Shown: positions 37,385 through 46,188, numbered from the stretch's first letter. The stretch is 64,000 nt of DNA from Chloroflexota bacterium (GCA_016200665.1 JACQEG010000044.1:12192-76191); one strand, 5' to 3'. Program-made: numbers and translations. Notes: generated by a model from the sequence alone, not told the origin.

Positions 37385-38464
37385 GTGAAGACCGTCCTGA
37401 CCCGTCTCGAGGACTTCCGCCTGCTGCCGCTCTTCGTGGTCGTCAGCATGGCGATCGGCGTGGCCGTCGGGAACGCGCTCCGGATCTCGGACTTCACCCT
37501 GACGCCACCGATCGACGCACTGAAGTCAATCGCAGGAGGGACCTTCCAGCTCACCGTCGCGAACGCGATCAGCCTGGGGGTGCCGATCGGCCTCTTCGCG
37601 ATGATGTACCCGGCGATGACGAACATCCGGCTCGGCGAGGTGGGCGCCGCGTTTCGGTCGCCGCGCCAGCTCGGGGTCGTCCTCGCCTTCAACTACCTGG
37701 TCGCGCCGTTCGTCATGTTCGGCCTCGCCAACGCGTTCGTGGCGGATCCCGAGCTCCGAACCGGCCTGGTCCTGTACGGCCTGGCGCCGTGCATCGCGAT
37801 GGTCATCATCTTCACGTTCCTCGCCAGGGGGAACACCCCGATGGCCCTCGTGTTCGTGGCCCTGAACTCGATTGCCCAGATGCTGCTCATCCCGCTCTAC
37901 GCGCGGCTCCTCATCGGCGAGGTGAGTTTCGACGTCTGGGTCGTTGCCGAGAGCGTCGTCCTGTACCTCGGGCTGCCGCTCGTGCTGGGTGTCGTGACCC
38001 GGATGCTCGTCGTCCGGCGACGCGGCGAGGGCGGGATGGATGCCCTCAAGCCGGCGCTCAACGGGCTCTCGATCCTGGGCCTGCTGTTCACCCTGATCGT
38101 GATGTTCGCCCTGAAGGGCGACCTCATCCTGGAGCGACCCGGGATCGTCGCCGAGATGGCGATCCCGATGACGCTGTTCTTCCTGGCGATGTTCTTCGTC
38201 GTGCTGCTCGTCGGCTGGCGGCTCCGGTTCACGTACCGCGACGCGGTCGCGGTGGCGTTCAACGCGACCGGGCGCGACTTCGAGATCGCGATCGCCATTG
38301 CGATCACGGCCTTCAGCCCGACGGTCGCGCTGGCCACCGTCGTCGGCCCGCTGATCGAGGTGCCCGTGATGCTGTTCCTGGTCTGGTCGGCGATGCGCCT
38401 CGGGCCGCGCCTGTTCGGCATGCGGCCGGTGCCCCTCACAACGGCCGGGGCCGTCGTGCCATGA
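37385..38464 (+). CDS. acr3: ACR3-family arsenite efflux permease
   Basis: The protein is 359 aa with 10 TM helices and an ACR3-like sequence (LLPLFVV..., GLAPCIAMV). Confidence 0.85.
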   Translation: MKTVLTRLEDFRLLPLFVVVSMAIGVAVGNALRISDFTLTPPIDALKSIAGGTFQLTVANAISLGVPIGLFAMMYPAMTNIRLGEVGAAFRSPRQLGVVLAFNYLVAPFVMFGLANAFVADPELRTGLVLYGLAPCIAMVIIFTFLARGNTPMALVFVALNSIAQMLLIPLYARLLIGEVSFDVWVVAESVVLYLGLPLVLGVVTRMLVVRRRGEGGMDALKPALNGLSILGLLFTLIVMFALKGDLILERPGIVAEMAIPMTLFFLAMFFVVLLVGWRLRFTYRDAVAVAFNATGRDFEIAIAIAITAFSPTVALATVVGPLIEVPVMLFLVWSAMRLGPRLFGMRPVPLTTAGAVVP

Positions 38465-38790
38465 CGACCCAGCTCCCGGTCGTCTGCGTGCCGCGCCTCG
38501 ACCTCAGGGCCCCGGACGTGATCGACGCGGTCGCAGCCGCCTCGCTCATCGCCGACCCGAGCCGGGCCGCGATCCTCGCGATGCTCGCCGATGGGCCCGT
38601 GTGCGTGTGCGAGATGGCGGCTGCCCTCGGCGCCCGCGAGAACAACGTGAGCAACCACCTCGCGAGGCTCCGCGACGCTGGCCTGGTCCGGGCGAGCCGG
38701 CACGAGGCCAACGCACGGTTCCTGTACTACGAGCGCGACGAGGCTGCGGTCGCGGCTGCACGCGCAGCCCTCGCTGACGTCCTGCGATGA
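38461..38790 (+). CDS. arsR: ArsR/SmtB family metalloregulator
   Basis: It has an HTH and the metal-binding PVCVCEM motif. The ATGA overlaps the acr3 stop. Confidence 0.85.
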   Translation: MTTQLPVVCVPRLDLRAPDVIDAVAAASLIADPSRAAILAMLADGPVCVCEMAAALGARENNVSNHLARLRDAGLVRASRHEANARFLYYERDEAAVAAARAALADVLR

Positions 38791-39827
38791 CATCCGTGGC
38801 CGTTCGCCGGACGCACGTGCCCCTGGCGCTCGCGGTCCTCGTGGCCGGCGCAGCGTGGCTCGTCGCCTGGTTCGTCAACCAGCCGGCGGCCGACTGGCTC
38901 GCCTACGACGTGCTCCGCCTCGACCGTGGCTCGCACCTCGGCGACGCGGTGGCGTTCTTCCTGCTCGACGTCCCCAAGGTCCTGTTGCTGCTCACGGGCA
39001 TCGTCACGCTGGTCTCGTTCCTGCGTTCGTTCGTCTCGCCGGAGCGGGTCCGCGCCGCCCTCGCTGCTCGGGGCGTCCTGCCGGGCACCATGGCCGCGGC
39101 CGGGTTCGGCGTCGTCACGCCGTTCTGCTCGTGCTCGGCCGTGCCGCTGTTCATCGGCTTCGTCGAGGCTGGCGTGCCGCTCGGGGTGACCTTCGCCTTC
39201 CTCGTCGCCAGCCCGATGGTCAACGAGGTGGCGCTCGTCCTGCTGTGGGGCCTGTTCGGCCCGGCGATCGCCCTCGCCTACATGGCCTCGGGCCTCGTCG
39301 TGGCGGTGGCCGCCGGCCTGCTCATCGGCCGCCTCGGGCTCGAGTGCTACGTCGAGGACTACGTCTGGCGGATCCACGCCGGAGGCGCGCTCTCCCTGGC
39401 CCGGCCGACGATCGAGGAGCGCCTCCGCGAGGCCTGGCGCTCAACAGCCGAGATCGTGGGCAAGGTCTGGCCGTTCGTCGTGGCGGGGATCGGGGTCGGG
39501 GCGCTCATCCACGGCTTCGTGCCGACGGATCTGGTCGTCTCGCTGGGCGGGCGGGACAACCCGCTTGCCGTCCCGGCGCTCGTGGCGCTCGGGGTTCCGC
39601 TGTACAGCAATGCCGCGGGCACCATCCCGATCGTCGAGGCGCTGATCGGCAAGGGCCTGCCGCTCGGCTCCGCCCTCGCGTTCATGATGGCCGTCACCGC
39701 CCTCTCGGTGCCCGAGCTCGTGATCCTGCGCCGGGTCATGAAGCCGCGACTCATCGCCGCCTTCGTCGGCACCGTGACCATCGGCATCCTCGTCGTCGGC
39801 TACGGCTTCAACCTGCTCATCGCCTGA
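38787..39827 (+). CDS. YraQ/DUF318-family permease
   Basis: It has 8 TM helices and a CSCSAVP motif. The start overlaps the arsR stop. Confidence 0.8.
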   Translation: MTSVAVRRTHVPLALAVLVAGAAWLVAWFVNQPAADWLAYDVLRLDRGSHLGDAVAFFLLDVPKVLLLLTGIVTLVSFLRSFVSPERVRAALAARGVLPGTMAAAGFGVVTPFCSCSAVPLFIGFVEAGVPLGVTFAFLVASPMVNEVALVLLWGLFGPAIALAYMASGLVVAVAAGLLIGRLGLECYVEDYVWRIHAGGALSLARPTIEERLREAWRSTAEIVGKVWPFVVAGIGVGALIHGFVPTDLVVSLGGRDNPLAVPALVALGVPLYSNAAGTIPIVEALIGKGLPLGSALAFMMAVTALSVPELVILRRVMKPRLIAAFVGTVTIGILVVGYGFNLLIA

Positions 39828-39838
39828 AGGAGATCGTC

Positions 39839-40078
39839 ATGCACGTCATCGAGGTCCTGGGGCACGGCTGCGAGAAGTGCCGGCACGTCGAGAAGGTCGT
39901 TCGCGAGTCTGTCGACGCCATGGGAATCGAGGCGGAGATCCGCCACGTCACCGACGACGCCTCGATCGCCGCCAGCGGCATCCTCTCGACGCCCGGCCTC
40001 GTCATCGATGGCCGGCTCGTGCTGGCCGGCCGGATCCCGACCCGCGAACAGCTCGCGGGCTGGCTGGAGGGCGAGTAA
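39839..40078 (+). CDS. Thioredoxin-fold redox-active disulfide protein 2
   Basis: It has a GCEKC CxxC motif. An AAGGAG RBS precedes the start. Length is 79 aa. Confidence 0.75.
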   Translation: MHVIEVLGHGCEKCRHVEKVVRESVDAMGIEAEIRHVTDDASIAASGILSTPGLVIDGRLVLAGRIPTREQLAGWLEGE

Positions 40079-40128
40079 CGCGCGTCAGCGCCCTGAATCG
40101 CCAGGCGGGCTCGCCGCGGCGCCGCGCC

Positions 40129-41256
40129 CTATGCGTTTCCCTCGGGACGGTGCGGCCGGGCGCCCCCGACAGGCGACGCATGGAGGACGGGGTCGTGATG
40201 GCGCGTGAGCTCGTGCGGGTCGGCGCCCCCGTGACCGCACGGGTTCACGTGGATGACGACCGTTTCGAGATGTCGGACCTCGTGCAGGAGGCGGTGTCGC
40301 ACCTCCTCTGAGACGCGGTGTCCCTGGGCGACGCTCAGGTCGCAGTCGACGGTGATGGCCAACGAGGCCTCGACGGCGTGACCGAGCCATCGCACCCGCA
40401 GACGGTCAACCGACTGGACCTCCGGCACCGAGGCGACGATGGTCTCGACCTGCTCGACGAGCTCGGGCTCAACGGCGTCCATCAGTCGGCCGAGCATCTG
40501 GCCGGCGGCCTGCTTGAGAACCGCGAGGATCACGGCGGTGATCAGGAGACCGACGAGCGGGTCGGCGAGCGGGTACCCGGCGGCGACGCCGAGCGCCCCG
40601 GCGACGACGGCGAGCGAGGTCAGGCCGTCGGTCCGGGCGTGGTACCCGTCCGCGACGAGGGCCGCCGAGCCGATCGCTCGTCCGACCCGGATCCGGTAGG
40701 CGGCCACCGCCTCGTTCCCGGCGAAGCCGATGAGGCCGGCCCCGATGACGATCGGGATGTTCGTGATGGGCTCGGGACTGACGAGCCGGCTGATCGATTC
40801 CGCGGCGGCGAGGATCGCCGAGCCGGCGATCATGACCAGCACGAAGAGTCCCGCGAGGTCCTCCGCGCGGCGGTAGCCGAACGTGTAGCGCCGGGTCGCG
40901 GCACGAGCACCGAGCGCGAAGGCGATCCACAGCGGGATGGCGGTGAGCGCATCGCTGAAGTTGTGGATCGTGTCCGCGAGGAGGGCGACCGAGCCCGAGA
41001 CGAGGACCACCGCCAGCTGGCCGACGGCGGTCAGCCCAAGACCCACGAGCGAGACCTTGAGGGCACGAATGCCGCGCCGGTCGCTCGTCAGGGCGTCATC
41101 GATCGAGTCGCCGGGATCGTGGCTGTGGCCGGCGAACAGCTCGACGATGCGTCGCAGCCGACCCGGGTGATCGTGCTCGTGCCCTCGACCATCGGCCACC
41201 GACCCAGGGCCGTGCGCGTGCCCGTGGTCTGGGTCGCGGTCGTTATCGCTCGGCAT
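40129..41256 (-). CDS. Cation diffusion facilitator (CzcD/ZitB-like) with a His-rich N-terminus
   Basis: It has 6 TM helices and the N-terminal segment DHGHAHGPGSVADGRGHEHDH. The ORF may start at 41286. Confidence 0.8.
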   Translation of the reverse strand: MPSDNDRDPDHGHAHGPGSVADGRGHEHDHPGRLRRIVELFAGHSHDPGDSIDDALTSDRRGIRALKVSLVGLGLTAVGQLAVVLVSGSVALLADTIHNFSDALTAIPLWIAFALGARAATRRYTFGYRRAEDLAGLFVLVMIAGSAILAAAESISRLVSPEPITNIPIVIGAGLIGFAGNEAVAAYRIRVGRAIGSAALVADGYHARTDGLTSLAVVAGALGVAAGYPLADPLVGLLITAVILAVLKQAAGQMLGRLMDAVEPELVEQVETIVASVPEVQSVDRLRVRWLGHAVEASLAITVDCDLSVAQGHRVSEEVRHRLLHEVRHLETVVIHVNPCGHGGADPHELTRHHDPVLHASPVGGARPHRPEGNA

Positions 41257-41341
41257 GTCGCCTCGGGTGCTGATCCGCGCCCACATGGTCCACCCATGGG
41301 AGCTTGCGTCAAGAGCCTAGTCGGCCGAGTGTCGGCTCGCC

Positions 41342-42067
41342 CTAGCCCTCGTCGCCTGCCTCGGCCAGCTCCGCGAGCCGCTCGGCGTTCCGGATGACGA
41401 CCCGGTGCTTCGTCGTGTCGAGCAGGCCGCGCCGCCGGAAGTCGGCGAGCGTGTGGGCGAGGGTCTCGCGCGTCGTGCCGATCATCTCGGCAAGCTCCTG
41501 CTGGGTGAGGCGCGCCTGGATGAGAGTCCCGGCGGCGGTCTCCGAGCCGAACCGGTGGGCGAGGTCGAGGAGCCGCCGCGCCAGGCGCTGGCCGACGCGC
41601 TGATAGGCCATCGCCTCGAGCTCGCGCTCGGCCTCCTGAAGACGCCGCGAGAGGAACGTGATGATGTTGACCCCAACGAGCGGGTAGCGCTCGACGAGGC
41701 GTCGCAGCTCGTCCGGCGTGATCGTGCAGACGACCGCGGCATCGATCGTTTCCGCATACGCCTCCGGCACGCGATCCTGCCCCAGCAGCCGCATGTCGCC
41801 GAGGATCGTGCCCGGTTCGTAGATGTCGAGCGTGAGCTGCTTGCCGTCGGGGGTCACGCGGTAGACGCGGACCCGGCCCCGCTTGAGGATGTGGATCCGG
41901 TCGGGTGGATCGTCGGGCGAGAGGATGACCTGGCCGGGCTGGCAGTGGGTCATCGTCGTCGAATGCCCGATGGCCTCGATGTCCGCCTCCGACAGGCCGC
42001 CGAACAGCTCGAGCTCGCGGAGCAGGCCCAGCTTCTCGGCCGTGGATCGCCGCTGCGCGATCGTCAT
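41342..42067 (-). CDS. Crp/Fnr family transcriptional regulator
   Basis: It has a cNMP-binding-like domain and a C-terminal HTH, LTQQELAEMIGTTRETLAHTLADFRRRG. The ATGA overlaps the upstream gene. Confidence 0.8.
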   Translation of the reverse strand: MTIAQRRSTAEKLGLLRELELFGGLSEADIEAIGHSTTMTHCQPGQVILSPDDPPDRIHILKRGRVRVYRVTPDGKQLTLDIYEPGTILGDMRLLGQDRVPEAYAETIDAAVVCTITPDELRRLVERYPLVGVNIITFLSRRLQEAERELEAMAYQRVGQRLARRLLDLAHRFGSETAAGTLIQARLTQQELAEMIGTTRETLAHTLADFRRRGLLDTTKHRVVIRNAERLAELAEAGDEG

Positions 42068-42840
42068 TCGGCGGCCTCGAGGCGGAGCAGGGCGCCGTCC
42101 TCGAACACGGCACCCACGTCCAGGCCGATGCGCCGGAACAAGGCGGCCGGGAGCCCGATATCGCCGAGGTAGATCCGGCCGGCGCGGTCGCGCCCGCGGT
42201 CGCGCACCAGGCCCTGCTTCGGCAGGGCAAGGGTGAGGGTGGCGCTCGCCGTCACGGCCGTTCCGGCGGCCTCGCCGGTGTCTGGGTCGATGCCCGACGG
42301 AAGGTCGAGGCTGATCACCGCGGCGCCCCGTCGAGCGAGTCGATCGATGAGCCACCCCACGCCGTCGCGCGGCGGCCCGGAGCTACCGTACCCGAGCAGC
42401 GCATCGATGACGACGTCCGCGGTCGCGAGCTCCCGCTCAACCTCGTCGTCGGGGACGTCGTGGATCGCGACGCAGCAGTCGATCGCCATGTCGAGGAGCG
42501 TCCCGAGCTGGTGGCGACCGGCGTCGCACAGCCGGCTCGCAGGACGCGCGAGGATGACCCGGACCGAGGCGCCACGGTTGGCGAGATGACGGGCGGCGAC
42601 CAGCCCGCCCCCGCCGTTGTTGCCGGGCCCGACCGCCACGACGACTCGCCGACCGCGGACGTGCCCGCCGAGCTCGAGGCGCACGACCTCCGCGAGGTGC
42701 GCGCCGGCGAGCTCCATCATCTGGCCGAGGGCGATGCCGAACTCGTCGACCGCGAGGCGGTCGACCTCGGCCATCTCGGCCGCCGTGACGGCCGGGACCG
42801 AGTCGAGCGGCCGGATCGGGAGGCTCGGCGCATCGATCAC
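42064..42840 (-). CDS. YjeF_N-domain protein, standalone (NAD(P)H-hydrate epimerase-like)
   Basis: Its sequence reads RVVVAVGPGNNGGGGLVAARHLANRGASVRVIL. The GTG start overlaps the upstream stop as GTGA. Confidence 0.7.
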   Translation of the reverse strand: MIDAPSLPIRPLDSVPAVTAAEMAEVDRLAVDEFGIALGQMMELAGAHLAEVVRLELGGHVRGRRVVVAVGPGNNGGGGLVAARHLANRGASVRVILARPASRLCDAGRHQLGTLLDMAIDCCVAIHDVPDDEVERELATADVVIDALLGYGSSGPPRDGVGWLIDRLARRGAAVISLDLPSGIDPDTGEAAGTAVTASATLTLALPKQGLVRDRGRDRAGRIYLGDIGLPAALFRRIGLDVGAVFEDGALLRLEAAE

Positions 42841-43346
42841 AGGCGGTGCTCCGCGGCCTGCTGTCGAGCGCTCGGCGCGACGTTGGGCACGCCCCGCGTC
42901 CGAGCCGATGCCCACACCAGGCCGAGCGCCGCGCCCCACATCAGGTGGCCGGCGAGGAAGGCGCCCCCGTTCAGGTTCAGAACGAGCGGATCGACGGCGG
43001 GCACGACGCCGTACCACATGACGATGAACACGGCGACGCCCGAGGCCGCGCCCGCCCCGGCGAGCGCCATCGTCCCGAGGGCGCGACGTGCGACAAGGAG
43101 GCCGAAGACCGACGCGAGAATCACCGAGTTCATCATGTGCCCTGCGAGCCCGAGCAGCAGGGCCACGAGGTCGAACGGGATCGGGTTGGCGGAGCCCTGC
43201 AGGCTTCGCACCATGGTCGCCCCGATCGCGATCGGGGGCCCGAACACGCCCGCGCCGGCGGGCAGGACGGCCTCGACGATCATCTCCCACATGGCGAGGA
43301 CGAGGCTGGCGATGACGCCGCCGATGATCACGGCTCGCGGACCCAT
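42837..43346 (-). CDS. Hypothetical membrane protein with 4-5 TM helices
   Basis: An AAGGAG RBS sits 7 nt upstream of the ATG. The sequence is hydrophobic. Confidence 0.6.
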   Translation of the reverse strand: MGPRAVIIGGVIASLVLAMWEMIVEAVLPAGAGVFGPPIAIGATMVRSLQGSANPIPFDLVALLLGLAGHMMNSVILASVFGLLVARRALGTMALAGAGAASGVAVFIVMWYGVVPAVDPLVLNLNGGAFLAGHLMWGAALGLVWASARTRGVPNVAPSARQQAAEHRL

Positions 43347-43409
43347 GGAGTAGCTCCTTGCTGACTGGACGCTGGTCGGGCCAGTCTCGGAGGCAGCGAC
43401 CGGGCCTGG

Positions 43410-43427
43410 CTGTGAGCCGGCTCACAG
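43410..43427. promoter_or_regulatory. Perfect CRP/FNR-type operator, cTGTGA-gccggc-TCACAg
   Basis: It is an 18-bp perfect palindrome. It lies in the 115-bp divergent region between the membrane-protein/YjeF_N/Crp operon and the zf-UBP operon. Confidence 0.7.
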
Positions 43428-43461
43428 CGCCGAGATTCAGGGCCCGAGTAGGCTGACGCCC

Positions 43462-43731
43462 ATGGAGATCCTTCGGCGCCTCGCCTCGCCTCGTCAGGCC
43501 TGCTCACACGTCCCGTCGGCCCTGCCGGCACCAGCGGCGGATCGCTGCGAGGAGTGCGGCAGCGACTTCAACCTCCGGATGTGCGCGACGTGCGGCCACG
43601 TCGGGTGCTGCGAGTCGCAGGCCGGCGATGCGCGCCGCCACGCGCTCACCGAAGGACACCCGGTCATCGTGTCGATGCCCGTCGGTGGTGGCTTCACGTG
43701 GTGCTACGAGGAGCGGGCGTATGTCGGCTAG
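43462..43731 (+). CDS. UBP-type zinc-finger (ZnF-UBP) domain protein
   Basis: The Cys/His pattern is CEECGSDFNLRMCATCGHVGCC...HA..H...GHPV...WCYE, which matches the zf-UBP signature. Length is 89 aa. Confidence 0.7.
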   Translation: MEILRRLASPRQACSHVPSALPAPAADRCEECGSDFNLRMCATCGHVGCCESQAGDARRHALTEGHPVIVSMPVGGGFTWCYEERAYVG

Positions 43732-44230
43732 GCGGTTCGCGGGCGCAGCAGCTGCCGCCGTCCGGACCATCGATGGCCGATTCCTCGCCTGGACCCTGAT
43801 CTGGACGGCCGGCTCGCTCCTCGCGTTCGGCGTCCTGAACGCGATCATCCCGACCCCATTCTTCGCGCGGCCGATCGCGCCGGAGCCGTTCGCGATCGTC
43901 GTCTGGATCGTGTCCGCCCCGCTCGTGGGCCTCGTCGCCGCAACGTACTCGTCGCCCGCCCGAGCTGACGGGGCGGCGCTCCCGCTCGCCCAGCTGCCTC
44001 CGCGGAGGCAGGGCGGCACGCTCGCCTCTGTCGCCGGGTTCGGCACGTTTCTCGCGATCGGCTGTCCGGCCTGCAACAAGGTCGCCCTGATCGTGCTCGG
44101 GACGAGCGGCGCGCTGTCGATTTACGCGCCTCTCCAGCCGCTCATCGGCGCGCTGTCGCTGGGCCTGCTGGTCGTCACCGTCGGGTGGCGGTTCCGACTG
44201 CGGGCGGACGGTGGGGCCTGCCCGACGTGA
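43721..44230 (+). CDS. 4-TM membrane protein with a GCPACN CxxC motif
   Basis: It overlaps the zf-UBP gene by 11 nt. The sequence is hydrophobic. Confidence 0.6.
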   Translation: MSARRFAGAAAAAVRTIDGRFLAWTLIWTAGSLLAFGVLNAIIPTPFFARPIAPEPFAIVVWIVSAPLVGLVAATYSSPARADGAALPLAQLPPRRQGGTLASVAGFGTFLAIGCPACNKVALIVLGTSGALSIYAPLQPLIGALSLGLLVVTVGWRFRLRADGGACPT

Positions 44231-44574
44231 GCTCTCCGGACGCCAGGCGCACGCCGAACATCGAGCTCCTCTGGTTCGCCGACTGCCCGAATCACCCGGC
44301 CGCTCGCCGAATGCTCGAGGAGGCCATCGCCGAGCTCGCACCGGGCGCCCAGATCCGCGACGTCGATGCGACGGACCCCGCGATCGCGGCGGCTCTCCGG
44401 TTTCCGGGCTCGCCCACGATCCGCGTCGATGGACGCGATATCGACCCGTCCTTCGTCGATCCCGGCGACTACACCCCGCGGTGCCGGCTCTACTGGACGG
44501 ACGCCGGCCTCCGGGGCATCCCCGAGCGCCGCTGGATCGAGGCCGCGCTCGGCGCGCGCGAGGCCACGTCGTGA
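44227..44574 (+). CDS. Thioredoxin-fold-like small protein with a CPNH motif
   Basis: The GTGA overlaps the upstream stop. It has LLWFADCPNHPAARRMLEE...PTIRVDGRDI. Confidence 0.55.
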   Translation: MSSPDARRTPNIELLWFADCPNHPAARRMLEEAIAELAPGAQIRDVDATDPAIAAALRFPGSPTIRVDGRDIDPSFVDPGDYTPRCRLYWTDAGLRGIPERRWIEAALGAREATS

Positions 44575-44924
44575 TCTGGTCGGACGAGGCCCGCCGCGAG
44601 CTGCCCCTGCGGGCCAGCGGACGCCGGCTGCTGCTCGACTACTTTGCGACGCGCTGCTGCGGTCGCAACGTGAACGTCGGCGACGTCGATCTCCGCTGGG
44701 CACGATCAAGCGACTCGATCGCCGAGGACTTCCTGCCGCTGCCCGCGCCTCCCGGCGTCGATGCCTACATCCAGCGCGACCTCGTGGCCGTCCTCGAGGC
44801 CGCCGGAGCGCGGATCGTCATGCGTGGCTGGAGCCGACTCCGCCGTCCCTCGATCGAGCTCGCCGACGGCGCCGCCTGGCTCGACTTCGTCGGCAGCTGC
44901 CGGACCCGCAGCCTGCCTCGGTAG
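44571..44924 (+). CDS. Hypothetical protein with a Cys pair, DYFATRCCGRN
   Basis: The GTGA overlaps the upstream stop. GC3 bias is strong. Confidence 0.5.
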   Translation: MIWSDEARRELPLRASGRRLLLDYFATRCCGRNVNVGDVDLRWARSSDSIAEDFLPLPAPPGVDAYIQRDLVAVLEAAGARIVMRGWSRLRRPSIELADGAAWLDFVGSCRTRSLPR

Positions 44925-44962
44925 ATCGCACCCCGGCTCGGCCGGGCACGTGCTTGGAATCG

Positions 44963-44988
44963 AAAGGCCCCCGACGTCGGGGGCCTTT
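44963..44988. terminator. Perfect palindromic hairpin terminator shared by convergent transcripts
   Basis: The hairpin AAAGGCCCCCGAC/GTCGGGGGCCTTT is followed by TTTCGTTC on the plus strand. Confidence 0.7.
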
Positions 44989-45007
44989 CGTTCAGGCGCT
45001 GGGTGGG

Positions 45008-45343
45008 TCAGTGGCTGGCTGCGTCCTTGAGACCACCGGGCTCATCGGCGTTGGAGCCCTGCGCAGCGGCTGCCGCGGAACCCTTCGCCTTGCCGGCTGC
45101 GGCATTCGCCTGGCCCAGGGCCTTGGCAGCCGCGGAAACGGCCGCGCCATGGGTCTTGGCGAGGGCCGAGACCGCTTCTCCGCGGGCCTTGCCACTGACG
45201 TAGTCGGCGGCCTGCGCGACGGCGGAGACGGCCTGACCGTGGCCCTTGGCGGTGCCGGAGACGCCGCCTGCGGCGAGAACGACCGCCGTGGACAGCACAC
45301 TGACCGTGAGCGCCCCGGCGATGATGGAGAGGATGCGTCGCAT
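45008..45343 (-). CDS. Small secreted Ala/Gly-rich protein with internal GxAVSAxAK repeats
   Basis: The start MRRILSIIAGALTVSVLS follows a GAGGAAC RBS. A signal peptide is present. Length is 111 aa. Confidence 0.6.
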   Translation of the reverse strand: MRRILSIIAGALTVSVLSTAVVLAAGGVSGTAKGHGQAVSAVAQAADYVSGKARGEAVSALAKTHGAAVSAAAKALGQANAAAGKAKGSAAAAAQGSNADEPGGLKDAASH

Positions 45344-45504
45344 GTCGATGGGTTCCTCGTGAGGACGCAGGTCGAGCGTCGTGTTGGATAACGAACGATG
45401 AGGCCGATCGTTTGGCTGTGCAACGCGGACGGAAGTCACGGTACCGATGTTGCGATGTCGCCGGACAACGGCCGCTCTGGACGGATCGGATGCAGGGTGG
45501 TGAG

Positions 45505-46149
45505 ATGAGGTCCCGTTCGCTCCACAGGCGCCACCTGGTCGGTGGGCTCGCCGCCATGCTCGTCCTGGCCCTGGCTGCCTGCGGCCCCAGCCCGTCATCG
45601 ACCGCGGTGGCGACACTGCCGGCCACCATGACCCCGGGTCCCTCCGCGGCCCCGCCCGGCACGGGGACGGCGATCCCGAGCAGCGCGACCGGCTTCGCGT
45701 TCGACGCGGAGTCGGTCGCCGGCTACTACGAGACCCGGGGCTACGCGTGCACCGCCCCACAGCCGAGCTCGCTGGCGACGGGCTACCAGTTCACGTCCTG
45801 CCAGCTCCTGGATGCCAACGGCCGGACGCGCGTCGTCGGCGTCGTGACGGACCCGAACGACGATCTCGCCGACGGGTTCACGAGCATCCGCGGAACGGCC
45901 TCCGAGACCGTCCTCGACCCATCGGTCGCCCTCGACCCGTTCGCGGCCTTCCTCGGCGCGATGCTGGGCCCGACGCGCGGTGAAGCGCTCCTCACCTGGC
46001 TGGCCGAGCACATCGGCGATTCGTTTGCCGAGACGACGTCCGGCGACCTCCACGTCGCCACGTACATCAAGGGCGAGGACCACTCGACCATCTACGTCGA
46101 GATCGCCAACCAGGCCTACCTCGAGGCGCCCGCACCCAGCCCGAGCTGA
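45505..46149 (+). CDS. Hypothetical lipoprotein
   Basis: The signal peptide carries an LALAAC lipobox. Confidence 0.6.
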   Translation: MRSRSLHRRHLVGGLAAMLVLALAACGPSPSSTAVATLPATMTPGPSAAPPGTGTAIPSSATGFAFDAESVAGYYETRGYACTAPQPSSLATGYQFTSCQLLDANGRTRVVGVVTDPNDDLADGFTSIRGTASETVLDPSVALDPFAAFLGAMLGPTRGEALLTWLAEHIGDSFAETTSGDLHVATYIKGEDHSTIYVEIANQAYLEAPAPSPS

Positions 46150-46188
46150 GCAGCGTCGAACGTCGTCGCCTGCCCGGCCGGCGATCGC

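Noticed and set aside
38855-40078. 407-aa plus ORF spanning the permease and thioredoxin genes
   Set aside because: It is out of frame with the YraQ permease. Only its last 79 codons (39839-40078) correspond to a real thioredoxin-like gene.
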